From NCBI GenBank assembly GCA_937138415.1, contig CAKZPA010000033.1, positions 124,511 through 188,510 of the forward strand: DNA of 64,000 nucleotides, in the 5' to 3' direction. Position 1 is the stretch's first letter; each line of letters starts with the position of its first letter. Shown piece after piece: positions 48,267 through 56,923 of the stretch. The notes beneath the pieces were generated by a model that had not been told where the DNA came from, searched no databases, and saw only the letters and a program-made list of their open reading frames with translations. Position numbers and translations under genes: made by a program. This DNA comes from an uncultured Nitrospiraceae bacterium (GTDB taxonomy: Bacteria > Nitrospirota > Thermodesulfovibrionia > Thermodesulfovibrionales > SM23-35).

Positions 48267-49439
48267 CTAAAGAACCTGCCGGATCCTCCCGACCGCTTCC
48301 CTGATTCTCTCTGCTGGAGCGGTTAGCGCAAACCGCACATACCCCTCCCCGGCGTCACCGAACCCGTTCCCGGGAGTCACCAGGACACCCGCCCGTTCCA
48401 GGAGATGCGCCACGAAATTCATCGAGGTAAACCCCGGCGGCACTTTCACCCACATGTAGAACGTGGCCTTCGGTTTCACGGCATCGAGACCCATCTCTGT
48501 AAGCCCGCGGAACAGAATTCTGCTTCTCTCCTCGTACGTCTTTCTGATCGGCGTGAGTTCCTTCTGACCCATAGAGAGAGCGGTAATAGCCGCTTCCTGG
48601 ATCGCTTGAAAGACGCCGGAATCGAGGTTCGTCTTGATCTTACCCAAACCTTTCAAAATGTCACGGTTACCGACCGCGAATCCGATCCTCCACCCGGTCA
48701 TGTTGAACGTCTTGGAGAGGGAATGGAACTCGATGCCCACGTCGCGCGCGCCGGGAATCTGCAAAAAACTGAGCGGTTTCTCTCCGAAATAGATCTCTGT
48801 ATACGAGGCATCGTGGCACACTATAATGTCATTTCGACGCGCGAAGGCGATGACATCCGCAAAAAAATCCACAGGTGCCATAGCCGAGGTCGGATTGTTC
48901 GGATAATTGATGAACAGCAATTTCGTTCTCTCGAGCACCCTCGCTGGAATTCTCTTGAGATTCGGCAAGAACTTCTGCTCGATCGTGAGCGGCATGAAGT
49001 AGCTCTTTCCGCCTGCGAAAAGTGTCCCGATCGCGTAGACGGGATAACCGGGAGAAGGAACGAGAACAAAATCTCCGGGATTCACGAAGGCAAGAGGTAT
49101 GTGCCCTATGCCCTCTTTGGATCCTATGAGCGAGAGAACCTCTGTCGCGGGATCGAGGGACACCCGGAAGCGTTTCTTATACCATCTCGCAACGGCCTCA
49201 CGGTAGGAGAGCATCCCCTCGTAGGACGGATAGCGGTGGTAGTGCGGGTTCTCGACAGCCTTTTTCATCGACTGGACGATTGGGATGGGAGTCGGAAGAT
49301 CCGGATCGCCGATACTGAGGTCGATGAGATCTATGCCCCGTCGCAGCGCATTCTGTTTCATCGCATCAATCGAAGCGAAGAGGTACGGCGGAAGATGCTT
49401 CACCCGTTCAGCAAGTTCAATCGAAATCTTCTTTTTCAC
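48267..49439 (-). CDS. Class I/II aminotransferase, LL-diaminopimelate aminotransferase (DapL)-like
   Basis: LPPYLFA...GDPDLPTP, and SLSKTFNMTGWRIG (PLP Lys). The DapL assignment is inference from this motif set and from the presence of dapA/dapF/lysA without dapD/dapE in the window. Confidence 0.7.
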   Translation of the reverse strand: MKKKISIELAERVKHLPPYLFASIDAMKQNALRRGIDLIDLSIGDPDLPTPIPIVQSMKKAVENPHYHRYPSYEGMLSYREAVARWYKKRFRVSLDPATEVLSLIGSKEGIGHIPLAFVNPGDFVLVPSPGYPVYAIGTLFAGGKSYFMPLTIEQKFLPNLKRIPARVLERTKLLFINYPNNPTSAMAPVDFFADVIAFARRNDIIVCHDASYTEIYFGEKPLSFLQIPGARDVGIEFHSLSKTFNMTGWRIGFAVGNRDILKGLGKIKTNLDSGVFQAIQEAAITALSMGQKELTPIRKTYEERSRILFRGLTEMGLDAVKPKATFYMWVKVPPGFTSMNFVAHLLERAGVLVTPGNGFGDAGEGYVRFALTAPAERIREAVGRIRQVL

Positions 49440-49582
49440 GATATCCTCCCTCCACTCGGATGCAGTATTATACAGGAAAAAGGGAGTACCATTGCGGCGT
49501 TCTTCGATGGCTAAAGAGAAACAACAGGATGAAAATAAAAGAGGACACCGCGCTGAGATACGGTGCCCTCTCGTGAGGACGT

Positions 49583-50044
49583 TTAATACTTTTTCTCGGC
49601 TGGTTTTGCAGGCTTCTCCGCAGGAGCCGCTGGCTTCTCTGCCGGAGCTGCGGGTTCTGCTTTCTTCTCCTTCGCCTCTCCCGCCTTCACCTCGGCCTTC
49701 TTGACCGACTTGGCGACATTCTTGCCCTCGGACTCAACGTACTTGACGACCGCCTTGTCACCAACTTTGACGGCTGCCATCATCTTGTCGTCCACCGAGA
49801 CAACCACATCGCCCTTTTTGCCTTTCACCGTGATGGTCTTCGCCTTTGCGTCGACCGCGGTCACTTCACCGGTAACCATCTTCACTTTCACCGGTGTCGC
49901 CTTCTCCTCCGCTTTCACGGGCGCGCCAGGCTTTTCAGTCGCGGCCGGCGCCGGGGCTGCCTTCTTCTCTTCGGCTGCAAAAGACAGCGAGGCGATAGCA
50001 ACGACGAAAAATACTGCCAAAAGAATTGCGATAGCTCTCTTCAC
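49583..50044 (-). CDS. Small secreted protein, paralog 1 (central beta-rich domain flanked by A/P/K/E low-complexity arms)
   Basis: GTG start after GGAGGTG, and a signal peptide KRAIAILLAVFFVVAIASLSFA. The core VTGEVTAVDAKAKTITVKGKKGDVV...VKVGDKAVVKYVESEGKNVAKSV aligns with 53242-53619. Confidence 0.7.
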   Translation of the reverse strand: MKRAIAILLAVFFVVAIASLSFAAEEKKAAPAPAATEKPGAPVKAEEKATPVKVKMVTGEVTAVDAKAKTITVKGKKGDVVVSVDDKMMAAVKVGDKAVVKYVESEGKNVAKSVKKAEVKAGEAKEKKAEPAAPAEKPAAPAEKPAKPAEKKY

Positions 50045-50118
50045 TCTTCCCACCTCCTTCCATTTCAAAATGCGCACTGACATAACCTCGTTGGTGCTTT
50101 CTGAGACCGACTCGTAAA

Positions 50119-50134
50119 AGCAAGAGGCATACCA
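50119..50134 (-). promoter_or_regulatory. Sigma-54 (-24/-12) promoter
   Basis: The minus strand reads TGGTAT-GCCTC-TTGCT, with GG and GC at the canonical 10-nt separation of TGGCAC-N5-TTGCW. It lies about 75 nt upstream of the GTG at 50044 and about 60 nt downstream of the enhancer-binding-protein gene stop. Confidence 0.65.
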
Positions 50135-50192
50135 GCGAGAAATGGCTATAAATACGGGGAACTTACGGGAGGAAAATCCTCATTTCAGGAAG

Positions 50193-51560
50193 TCATTCCT
50201 TTTTTGAGGATTGGAGATTGAGCTTCTCCCAGCGATACCAGAATGTCTTATAACTCATGCCGAGGAGTTTTGCCGCCTTCGCGGCAACACCATTGGCCTT
50301 CTGCATCGCTCTCTTCAAAAGCTCTTGTTCGAGTTCCTCGATGTTGATTCCTTCGTCAGGCAGGTCAATATCGAGGACCCCCCGTCCTTCGAGATACCGC
50401 AGTTCACTCTTGATATCGCGCAACCCTATCTCCGGGGTTGCGCACATAAGAACAGCTCGTTCAATGACCGATTCGAGCTGCCGTATATTCCCGGGCCAGT
50501 GATAGTCCCGCAGGGCCTTCAGGGCTCCTTCCTCGATCCCCTTCAGACGCTTGCCGAACTCCCGGTTGTATTTTTGGATGAAGAAAGAGACGAGCTCCGG
50601 GATGTCCTCCTTCCGCTCCCTCAACGGAGGGAGTTCTATGGTAACTACTTTGAGGCGGTAGTACAGATCTTCCCTGAACGCCTTGTTCGCGATCTGCTTT
50701 TCGAGGTCTTTATTCGTGGCGGCAATTATCCTGACATCGACCCTCACGCTTTCCCTGCTGCCCAGCCTCCGTATCTCCTTGTCCTGGAGAACTCTCAGAA
50801 TTTTTGACTGGGTCAGGAGAGGGAGGTCTCCGATCTCGTCGAGAAAGAGGGTACCACCGTTGGAGGCTTCGAAGAGCCCGATGCCTCGGGAAACGGCACC
50901 GGTGAACGCGCCGGGCTCATAGCCGAACAATTCACTCTCGATGAGGTTATCCGGAATTGCCGCACAGTTGACCGCTGTGAACGGCTTCGCTCTCCGAGTG
51001 CTGTTGTAATGGATCGCGCGCGCGACGAGTTCTTTCCCGGTACCGCTCTCCCCTAAAATGAGGACCGTCACATGGCTGGACGAGACCTTCTTCAGAATCT
51101 CGATGGCTTCCACCATTTTCTTTGAGCGACCGACAATCCCTTCGATCTTGAACTGTTCGAAGAGCGTCTTCTGGAGCTGCAGGTTTTCCTTGAGCAAGCC
51201 TGCCTTTTCGGCTGCCCGCCTCACCGTGATGAGGAGGACATCTTCGTCGAGCGGCTTCGTCAGATAGTCGAACGCGCCTTTTTTGATGGCATCGACGGCA
51301 GACGAGATTGTCCCGAAGGCGGTCATGACGATCGCGGGAGGCCTGAACGGTTCGCTGGGCAAGGCCTCTATGAAATCGATCCCGTCCATCCCTTCCATTT
51401 TGAGGTCCGTCAAGACGACATCGGGCTTTATCTTCCTGGCGATCCTCAGTCCTTCCTCGGCCGAGGGCGCCGTGAACGTTTCAAAGCCCTCATCCTCGAG
51501 AATTGTTTTGACTATGTTGCGCTGATTCTCTTCGTCATCAACTATCAGGACGACCGCCAC
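50193..51560 (-). CDS. Sigma-54-dependent response regulator (NtrC/AtoC family enhancer-binding protein)
   Basis: REC (VVLTDLKMEGMDG), an AAA+ module with GESGTGKE and the GAFTGA loop, and a C-terminal Fis-type HTH. GTG start after GGAGGAGG. Confidence 0.93.
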   Translation of the reverse strand: MAVVLIVDDEENQRNIVKTILEDEGFETFTAPSAEEGLRIARKIKPDVVLTDLKMEGMDGIDFIEALPSEPFRPPAIVMTAFGTISSAVDAIKKGAFDYLTKPLDEDVLLITVRRAAEKAGLLKENLQLQKTLFEQFKIEGIVGRSKKMVEAIEILKKVSSSHVTVLILGESGTGKELVARAIHYNSTRRAKPFTAVNCAAIPDNLIESELFGYEPGAFTGAVSRGIGLFEASNGGTLFLDEIGDLPLLTQSKILRVLQDKEIRRLGSRESVRVDVRIIAATNKDLEKQIANKAFREDLYYRLKVVTIELPPLRERKEDIPELVSFFIQKYNREFGKRLKGIEEGALKALRDYHWPGNIRQLESVIERAVLMCATPEIGLRDIKSELRYLEGRGVLDIDLPDEGINIEELEQELLKRAMQKANGVAAKAAKLLGMSYKTFWYRWEKLNLQSSKKE

Positions 51561-51677
51561 GCTATGCCTCCTCCGAGAAGAAATGCACTGTTCTCACAAC
51601 GCAAAGAACCGACAACAGAAGCGGACACCACTAAAACGGGAACGCGCGACCTCATACTGCCAAGCCATTTTGTTCCT

Positions 51678-53102
51678 CTATGATAAAGGGAGAGACAACG
51701 TAACCCTGCTCCCCTTCCCCTCCACACTCTGAAAATCTACCTTGCCCCCATGCTCCTCGATGACCCTGTTCGTCATTGCCAGGCCAAGTCCCAGTCCCAT
51801 CTTTTTCGTCGAGAAAAAAGGGTCGAAGATCTTGGGGACGTTTTCCCGCGAGACGCCTATGCCCGAGTCTTCGATGATGACCGTCGCCTTGTCACCGGTC
51901 TGTTTGAGAGTCACGGTGATCGTACCCCCCTTCGGCATCGCCTCGAACGCGTTGATAACGACATTGAAGACACACGTCTTGATGAGTTCGGGATCGAGGA
52001 ACATCGTTGGGATGCCTTCGTCGCGAAGCTCTATTGTTATCCCGTCTTTCTCTGCCTTTGCGGAAACCAACGTGATGACATCGCGGACGAGAGCCGACAG
52101 GTCGGTCAGCCGCCGATTCAGGCGGAGCGATTTCCCGTAATCGAGGAAATCCTGCACGAGATTGTTCAGCCGCTGGATTTCCTGTTTGATCGTCGAGATG
52201 AGCGAATCGAACTGCTCCTTTTCCGCACTGCCGGCAGGGCTGAACTTCTTTCTCAAATGGTCGATGGAGAGGCTGATAAAATTGAGCGGGTTCCGTATCT
52301 CATGAGCGATCCCCCTTGCGAGCTGGGCAACTGCCGACAGGTGCTCGGTCTCCCGAAGCTTCTCTTCGTTCGCCCGCTGCTCTCTCAACTTCTCGATCAT
52401 ATACTGAACGGCGTTCGTCAATTCGCCGATTTCGTCCCGCCTGTCGGTACGCAACTCCGCGGATAGATCGCCTGCGGCGACACTCCTCGCAGCGTCGACA
52501 ACGCGATGAATCGGCTTTGTGTACATGAGCGAAAGCGACACCGCGAGGATCAGACCGAGCCCGAATACGAACGACGTCGCAATGATCCGCTTGATCGCGT
52601 TGGCGGCGATAATATCAGAAAAATCCTCCGTATTGATTTTCAGATGGATGTATCCGTAGTGTTCGTTCCCCGCCACAACCGGGAGAATCACATTATACGA
52701 CTTCCCTTCCCTCGAGACCGGCTCGCCGAGCTCCGCCTTGATGATGCGCTCCTTCTTTTTCGGTCCGACTTCCTCGCCCACGTACCCTGGGTTCGTGCTC
52801 GCCACAATCACATCGTCGTTGCCGATAATTGATATTTCATCGACGCCGCGCCGACTGAGCACCTGGAGATAGTTCTGGAGTCTCGCTTCATCCGTCCCCC
52901 CGGTACTCGTCACCTCCTCGACACCAATCTGGATCGCCTTCGAAAGATCGGCTGCCTGCCTCTCAAATTCATGGAAGAGCGCATTTTCGAACGTCGAGAA
53001 GAAAACCGTCAGGAGAGACACGAGGATAAAACTGAGAAAGAGCATCATGCCGATGAGTTTTTTGTTGAGGGAAAGGTTGAGAAAATAGTTCTTCAGGGAC
53101 AT
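51678..53102 (-). CDS. Sensor histidine kinase (2 TM, HAMP, HisKA, HATPase_c)
   Basis: H-box AHEIRNPL, N/G boxes (NAFEAM, DSGIGV, GLGLGLA), and a periplasmic loop between two hydrophobic segments. Confidence 0.9.
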   Translation of the reverse strand: MSLKNYFLNLSLNKKLIGMMLFLSFILVSLLTVFFSTFENALFHEFERQAADLSKAIQIGVEEVTSTGGTDEARLQNYLQVLSRRGVDEISIIGNDDVIVASTNPGYVGEEVGPKKKERIIKAELGEPVSREGKSYNVILPVVAGNEHYGYIHLKINTEDFSDIIAANAIKRIIATSFVFGLGLILAVSLSLMYTKPIHRVVDAARSVAAGDLSAELRTDRRDEIGELTNAVQYMIEKLREQRANEEKLRETEHLSAVAQLARGIAHEIRNPLNFISLSIDHLRKKFSPAGSAEKEQFDSLISTIKQEIQRLNNLVQDFLDYGKSLRLNRRLTDLSALVRDVITLVSAKAEKDGITIELRDEGIPTMFLDPELIKTCVFNVVINAFEAMPKGGTITVTLKQTGDKATVIIEDSGIGVSRENVPKIFDPFFSTKKMGLGLGLAMTNRVIEEHGGKVDFQSVEGKGSRVTLSLPLS

Positions 53103-53241
53103 TTTTCCTATTCTACATGGGATCGATCTGGAGAAGTCAAATCAACGATTCAGCGGGAAACGAGTTTCCAGGACAGAGCACCCATTTGGAGCACGCGATG
53201 GGGTGGAATGCTCCGGGACCCATCGCGTGCATCATGACATC

Positions 53242-53619
53242 TTACGACGGAGGGGATTTCGGTTTTTTGCTTGTGGTCTTGATATCGATGCTCTTCGCGG
53301 CGAGCTGGCCATCCGACTCCCGGTACTTTACAGTCACCCGATCGCCTACCTGGACGTCCGAGAACTGTTTCGTCTGTCTTTCCATACGGACCAGGGTCTT
53401 ATCTGTAAGCAAAAGAGTAACAATGCCACTCTTGCCCTTGACGGTAAGCGTTCTTGCCGGCAAGTCAAATGCCGTCACCTCGCCCGTCACCTGGCGGGTG
53501 TTTGCCTTCCCTTTTCTGTCACTCTGCTTTCCGTCAGCGGCACTCGTCTGCGCACCCGCTCCAAGCGCAAACGTTATGACGACAATCGCCCAGACAAACT
53601 CTCTCATGAACCTTTTCAT
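53242..53619 (-). CDS. Small secreted protein, paralog 2
   Basis: AAGGAGG precedes the ATG at 53619, and there is a signal peptide FVWAIVVITFALGAGA. The core VTGEVTAFDLPARTLTVKGKSGIV...VQVGDRVTVKYRESDGQLAAKSI aligns with paralog 1. Confidence 0.7.
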   Translation of the reverse strand: MKRFMREFVWAIVVITFALGAGAQTSAADGKQSDRKGKANTRQVTGEVTAFDLPARTLTVKGKSGIVTLLLTDKTLVRMERQTKQFSDVQVGDRVTVKYRESDGQLAAKSIDIKTTSKKPKSPPS

Positions 53620-53653
53620 TGTGTCACCTCCTTTCTCCGAAAAGATGTGATCT

Positions 53654-53682
53654 ATGTTAGCATATGCTAAATAACAAGTCAA
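53654..53682 (-). promoter_or_regulatory. Sigma-70-like promoter TTGACT-N17-TAACAT with an embedded perfect 14-bp palindrome
   Basis: The minus strand reads TTGACT TGTTATTTAGCATATGC TAACAT. The palindrome TTAGCATATGCTAA occupies 53657-53670 and overlaps the -10. Confidence 0.45.
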
Positions 53683-53914
53683 CCCCCCTTTTCACCTTAA
53701 AAAAGGCAGCTCAAAGGTCCGGACGTTGTGAGAGGAATTATCATTCGATACCGCACCGTGCCTAACCCTTGCGTCATGACGACCTATTGCTTCTCCACAC
53801 CACGCCTACAGATACTGCGATACCACCAGCGAGTTAAGGAATGTGTAAACGAACGTCGAACGTTTCGGGTCAAGCAGATTTTGTGCTCGTTGAATGTTTC
53901 TGGTAGAATGCTCC

Positions 53915-54817
53915 ATGTTTCTCCAACAAATCATTAACGGGCTCACCCTCGGCAGCGTTTACGCCCTCATTGCGCTCGGATACTCGATGGTGTACGGAAT
54001 CCTCGAACTCATCAACTTCGCCCACGGGGAAATTTACATGCTCGGCGCGTATCTCGGCATCATATTCCTCGCCTTTTTCACGGCGATCGGACTCACTTCT
54101 CACAGCCTGCCCCTCGCCCTTGCTCTCACCGTGATCCTCTCCGTGGCTTTCTGCTCCTGCTACGGTTTCACGATAGAGAAGATCGCCTATAAACCGCTCA
54201 GGAACGCTCCTCGGCTGAGCCCGCTCATCAGTGCCATCGGTGTTTCGATTTTCCTCCAGAATTACGTTATGCTCACGCAGGGAGCGACCGACAAGGTTTT
54301 CCCCCATCTCTTCGGTGCATCCGGTTTTCAGTTCATGTCGACCAGAATGACGTACCTCCAGGTCACGATCATCGCGACTTCCATCGCGTTGATGCTCGTT
54401 CTCCGCTTCTTCGTGCGCAAGACGAGAATCGGCGCGGCAATGAGGGCAGTGGCCCAAGATAAGACCATGGCGGCGCTGCTCGGTGTCAACATCGACACGA
54501 TCATTTCCGTGACCTTTGTCATCGGATCCGGGTTAGCGGCCGTTGCGGGACTGATGGTTGCCATGTACTACGGCCTCGTCAATTATTTCATCGGATATAT
54601 CGTGGGGATTAAGGCGTTCACTGCGGCCGTGCTCGGAGGCATCGGCAGCATTCGCGGTGCCATGGCGGGGGGGATACTGCTCGGTCTCGTCGAAAGCCTG
54701 GGTGCCAGTTACATTTCGAGCGAGTATAAGGACGCCTACGCCTTCATCATTCTGATTATCGTCCTCCTCATTAAGCCCGGCGGTCTCTTCGGGAGAGCGG
54801 AACTCGAAAAAGTCTGA
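53915..54817 (+). CDS. livH: Branched-chain amino acid ABC transporter permease (LivH family)
   Basis: FLQQIINGLTLGSVYALIALGYSMVYG...INFAHGE is a typical LivH N-terminus. An alternative ATG lies at 53894. Confidence 0.88.
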   Translation: MFLQQIINGLTLGSVYALIALGYSMVYGILELINFAHGEIYMLGAYLGIIFLAFFTAIGLTSHSLPLALALTVILSVAFCSCYGFTIEKIAYKPLRNAPRLSPLISAIGVSIFLQNYVMLTQGATDKVFPHLFGASGFQFMSTRMTYLQVTIIATSIALMLVLRFFVRKTRIGAAMRAVAQDKTMAALLGVNIDTIISVTFVIGSGLAAVAGLMVAMYYGLVNYFIGYIVGIKAFTAAVLGGIGSIRGAMAGGILLGLVESLGASYISSEYKDAYAFIILIIVLLIKPGGLFGRAELEKV

Positions 54818-54939
54818 TCCCCGCGCTCTTCGAAGGGGCGCGGGTCTGACAAACGATTATCTTCGCTTCCAGTGAAAAAGAGATTTACTTTATTAAGTAA
54901 AGGACTTATTATAGAAAAAATGCAGTATCCGGAGGAACC

Positions 54940-55194
54940 GTGCAAAAAAAAATTAAGATGTATACTCTCAGCACATGCGTACACTGTAAAGCAACCAAAC
55001 GATTCCTCGACAACCGTGCGGTCGTGTACGAATTCACGGATGTCGATCTCCTCCCCGAGAGCGAGAGAAAAGGGGTTCTCGCAGAAGTCATGAAACTCAA
55101 TCCCGAATGCTCTTTCCCGACAATTATCATCGGGGACACGGTAATCGTCGGCTTCCAGGAACAGAGGATCAGAGAAGCGCTCGGACTTCCGTGA
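54940..55194 (+). CDS. Glutaredoxin-like (thioredoxin-fold) protein
   Basis: 84 aa. CVHC active site after beta1 (KMYTLSTCVHCKATKRFL), and the cis-Pro context FPTIIIG. GTG start after GGAGGA. Confidence 0.75.
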   Translation: MQKKIKMYTLSTCVHCKATKRFLDNRAVVYEFTDVDLLPESERKGVLAEVMKLNPECSFPTIIIGDTVIVGFQEQRIREALGLP

Positions 55195-55226
55195 CCTTTC
55201 TCTATGGGACGAAAGGAGGTGAGAAA

Positions 55227-55565
55227 ATGAAGAGTGCAAGGTCAAGCCTGATTTGTTGCATTACCCTCCTCTTCCTCGCTTCATTCGCGCACGCAGGCGA
55301 CGTAGCGAAGGGCAAAGCCCTTTTCAACGATCCGACGCTCGGCGGCGGCACTGCGGGAAAATCGTGCGGCTCATGCCATCCGAACGGCAAAGGGCTACAA
55401 AATGTTACCGGCAAGACTGAATTCAAGTTCGCCGGGAAAGTGCATAAGAGCCTCGAGGATATCATCAACGCGTGTATCGAAAAAGCCAATAAGGGCAAGG
55501 CCCTCGATCCAAAATCGGAACAGATGCAGGATCTGATCGCCTACCTGAAATCCCTCAAGCCTTAA
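55227..55565 (+). CDS. Secreted monohaem class I cytochrome c
   Basis: Signal peptide plus a single CGSCH. GGAGGTG upstream of the ATG at 55227. Confidence 0.8.
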   Translation: MKSARSSLICCITLLFLASFAHAGDVAKGKALFNDPTLGGGTAGKSCGSCHPNGKGLQNVTGKTEFKFAGKVHKSLEDIINACIEKANKGKALDPKSEQMQDLIAYLKSLKP

Positions 55566-55588
55566 CAGAAAGACTGATAACAGCGGAG

Positions 55589-55636
55589 CGAAGCGACTAC
55601 CCTGCGGTCAACGCCGCAGGGTATACAATCGCTTCG
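55589..55636. terminator. Two-tier GC-rich hairpin between convergent genes (candidate bidirectional terminator)
   Basis: CGAAGCGA-CU-ACCCUGCGG-UCAACG-CCGCAGGGU-AUACAA-UCGCUUCG. There is no U-tract on either side. Confidence 0.4.
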
Positions 55637-55753
55637 ACAACGCAATTCAGCGTGCAGACGGCCTGAAAAAGTCGTTTATTGGTACCGCCAACAGAGCATG
55701 CGGTGCAATCACGGATGGAGCCGATGTGTCGGGCAACGCCCGCACCTTTTCCG

Positions 55754-56923
55754 TTAACCCGAACGCAGAGCCTCGACGATATTCATGCGGGAGGCATGCA
55801 CCGCGGGAAGAACACCTCCCACGAATCCCATAATGAGAGAGAAGAGGAGAGCCTCAAAGAAGATTTCGACGGTCAATGTGAAGGAGAACGCAAGCTCCGA
55901 AAAGGTCTGGAAATTCAGCGTCGAGACGGTTATGAACTGGAGGAAAGAGGCGCAGAAAAGGCCCAGGAGACCCCCGATCAAACCGAGCAGCATCGATTCA
56001 AAGAGAAACGCGGCAAGGATATTCTTCCTCTGGAAACCGAGCGCCCGCAGCGTCCCTATCTCGGAGACCCGGTTCGCAACAGCGGCGTACATGGTTATCA
56101 TAGCGCCTATGATCGCGCCCGTCGAGAAAATGAGCGTGAGCGTGATTCCGAGAATACGGAGAAATTTCGCCATCATCTCGGATTGTTTTTCGTAGTACCT
56201 CGTTTCTCGCAGCGCCTCGAGAGACAAGCGAGGATCGTTTTCTATCCTGTTTTTCAGCTCCTCAAACCTGAGTGGCTCGCGGAGCCTCAGGATCACCGAT
56301 GAATACACGGGCCTCCTGAATGCCTGCATGAACTGATCCACGTCGCCCCATATCTCGGAACTGAAGGCGGTATTGCCCGCGTCGAACACTCCGACAATGG
56401 TCCAGTCCCTCATGCCGAACCGAAGGGACTCCCCGAGCCCGCCTCCTTCGAAGCGCTTTGCGATATTCGACCCTGCGATGATTTCAGAGGAGCCCATGCG
56501 CGGCACACGGCCCTGGACGAGTTTGACCTGAGGCCTGAGATTCATGGACTGCTCCTCGATTCCCCGAATGACCACGTTCGAGGGTTTTTCGGTCCCTCTC
56601 TTCGGCAATGTGATAAGTACGACGAGTTCTTTAGCGACGAGCGGTTTGCCGTCGACTCCCGTCGCGATCTCGGGCTGCATCTCGATGATGGATGCCTGCT
56701 GCCTCTCGACACCGCTCTGCACCTCCGACTCGGACGATTTTCGAATGACGACGACGTTATCGTACGAACCCGTTTGCACGAGGGTTTCCTCCAGTCCCCG
56801 GGCAAGCATCAGAACAGCGGCAAAGACGAAGACGACGAGCGCCATGCCCGTAACGGTGAGGACGGTCGTCAGCCTCCGTGTCCACAGATTTCGAATGCTG
56901 TAGAGAAGCGGGATGTTCGTCAT
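55754..56923 (-). CDS. ABC transporter permease, FtsX/MacB-type
   Basis: 389 aa. An N-terminal TM helix, a large periplasmic domain and a C-terminal FtsX-like 3-TM bundle (RALGFQRKNI...). Confidence 0.85.
   Translation of the reverse strand: MTNIPLLYSIRNLWTRRLTTVLTVTGMALVVFVFAAVLMLARGLEETLVQTGSYDNVVVIRKSSESEVQSGVERQQASIIEMQPEIATGVDGKPLVAKELVVLITLPKRGTEKPSNVVIRGIEEQSMNLRPQVKLVQGRVPRMGSSEIIAGSNIAKRFEGGGLGESLRFGMRDWTIVGVFDAGNTAFSSEIWGDVDQFMQAFRRPVYSSVILRLREPLRFEELKNRIENDPRLSLEALRETRYYEKQSEMMAKFLRILGITLTLIFSTGAIIGAMITMYAAVANRVSEIGTLRALGFQRKNILAAFLFESMLLGLIGGLLGLFCASFLQFITVSTLNFQTFSELAFSFTLTVEIFFEALLFSLIMGFVGGVLPAVHASRMNIVEALRSG

Noticed and set aside
53894-53914. Upstream ATG for livH (MFLVECSMFLQQ...)
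   Set aside because: It falls inside the predicted promoter spacer and also lacks an SD. Either start is possible, so the leaderless call for livH is tentative.
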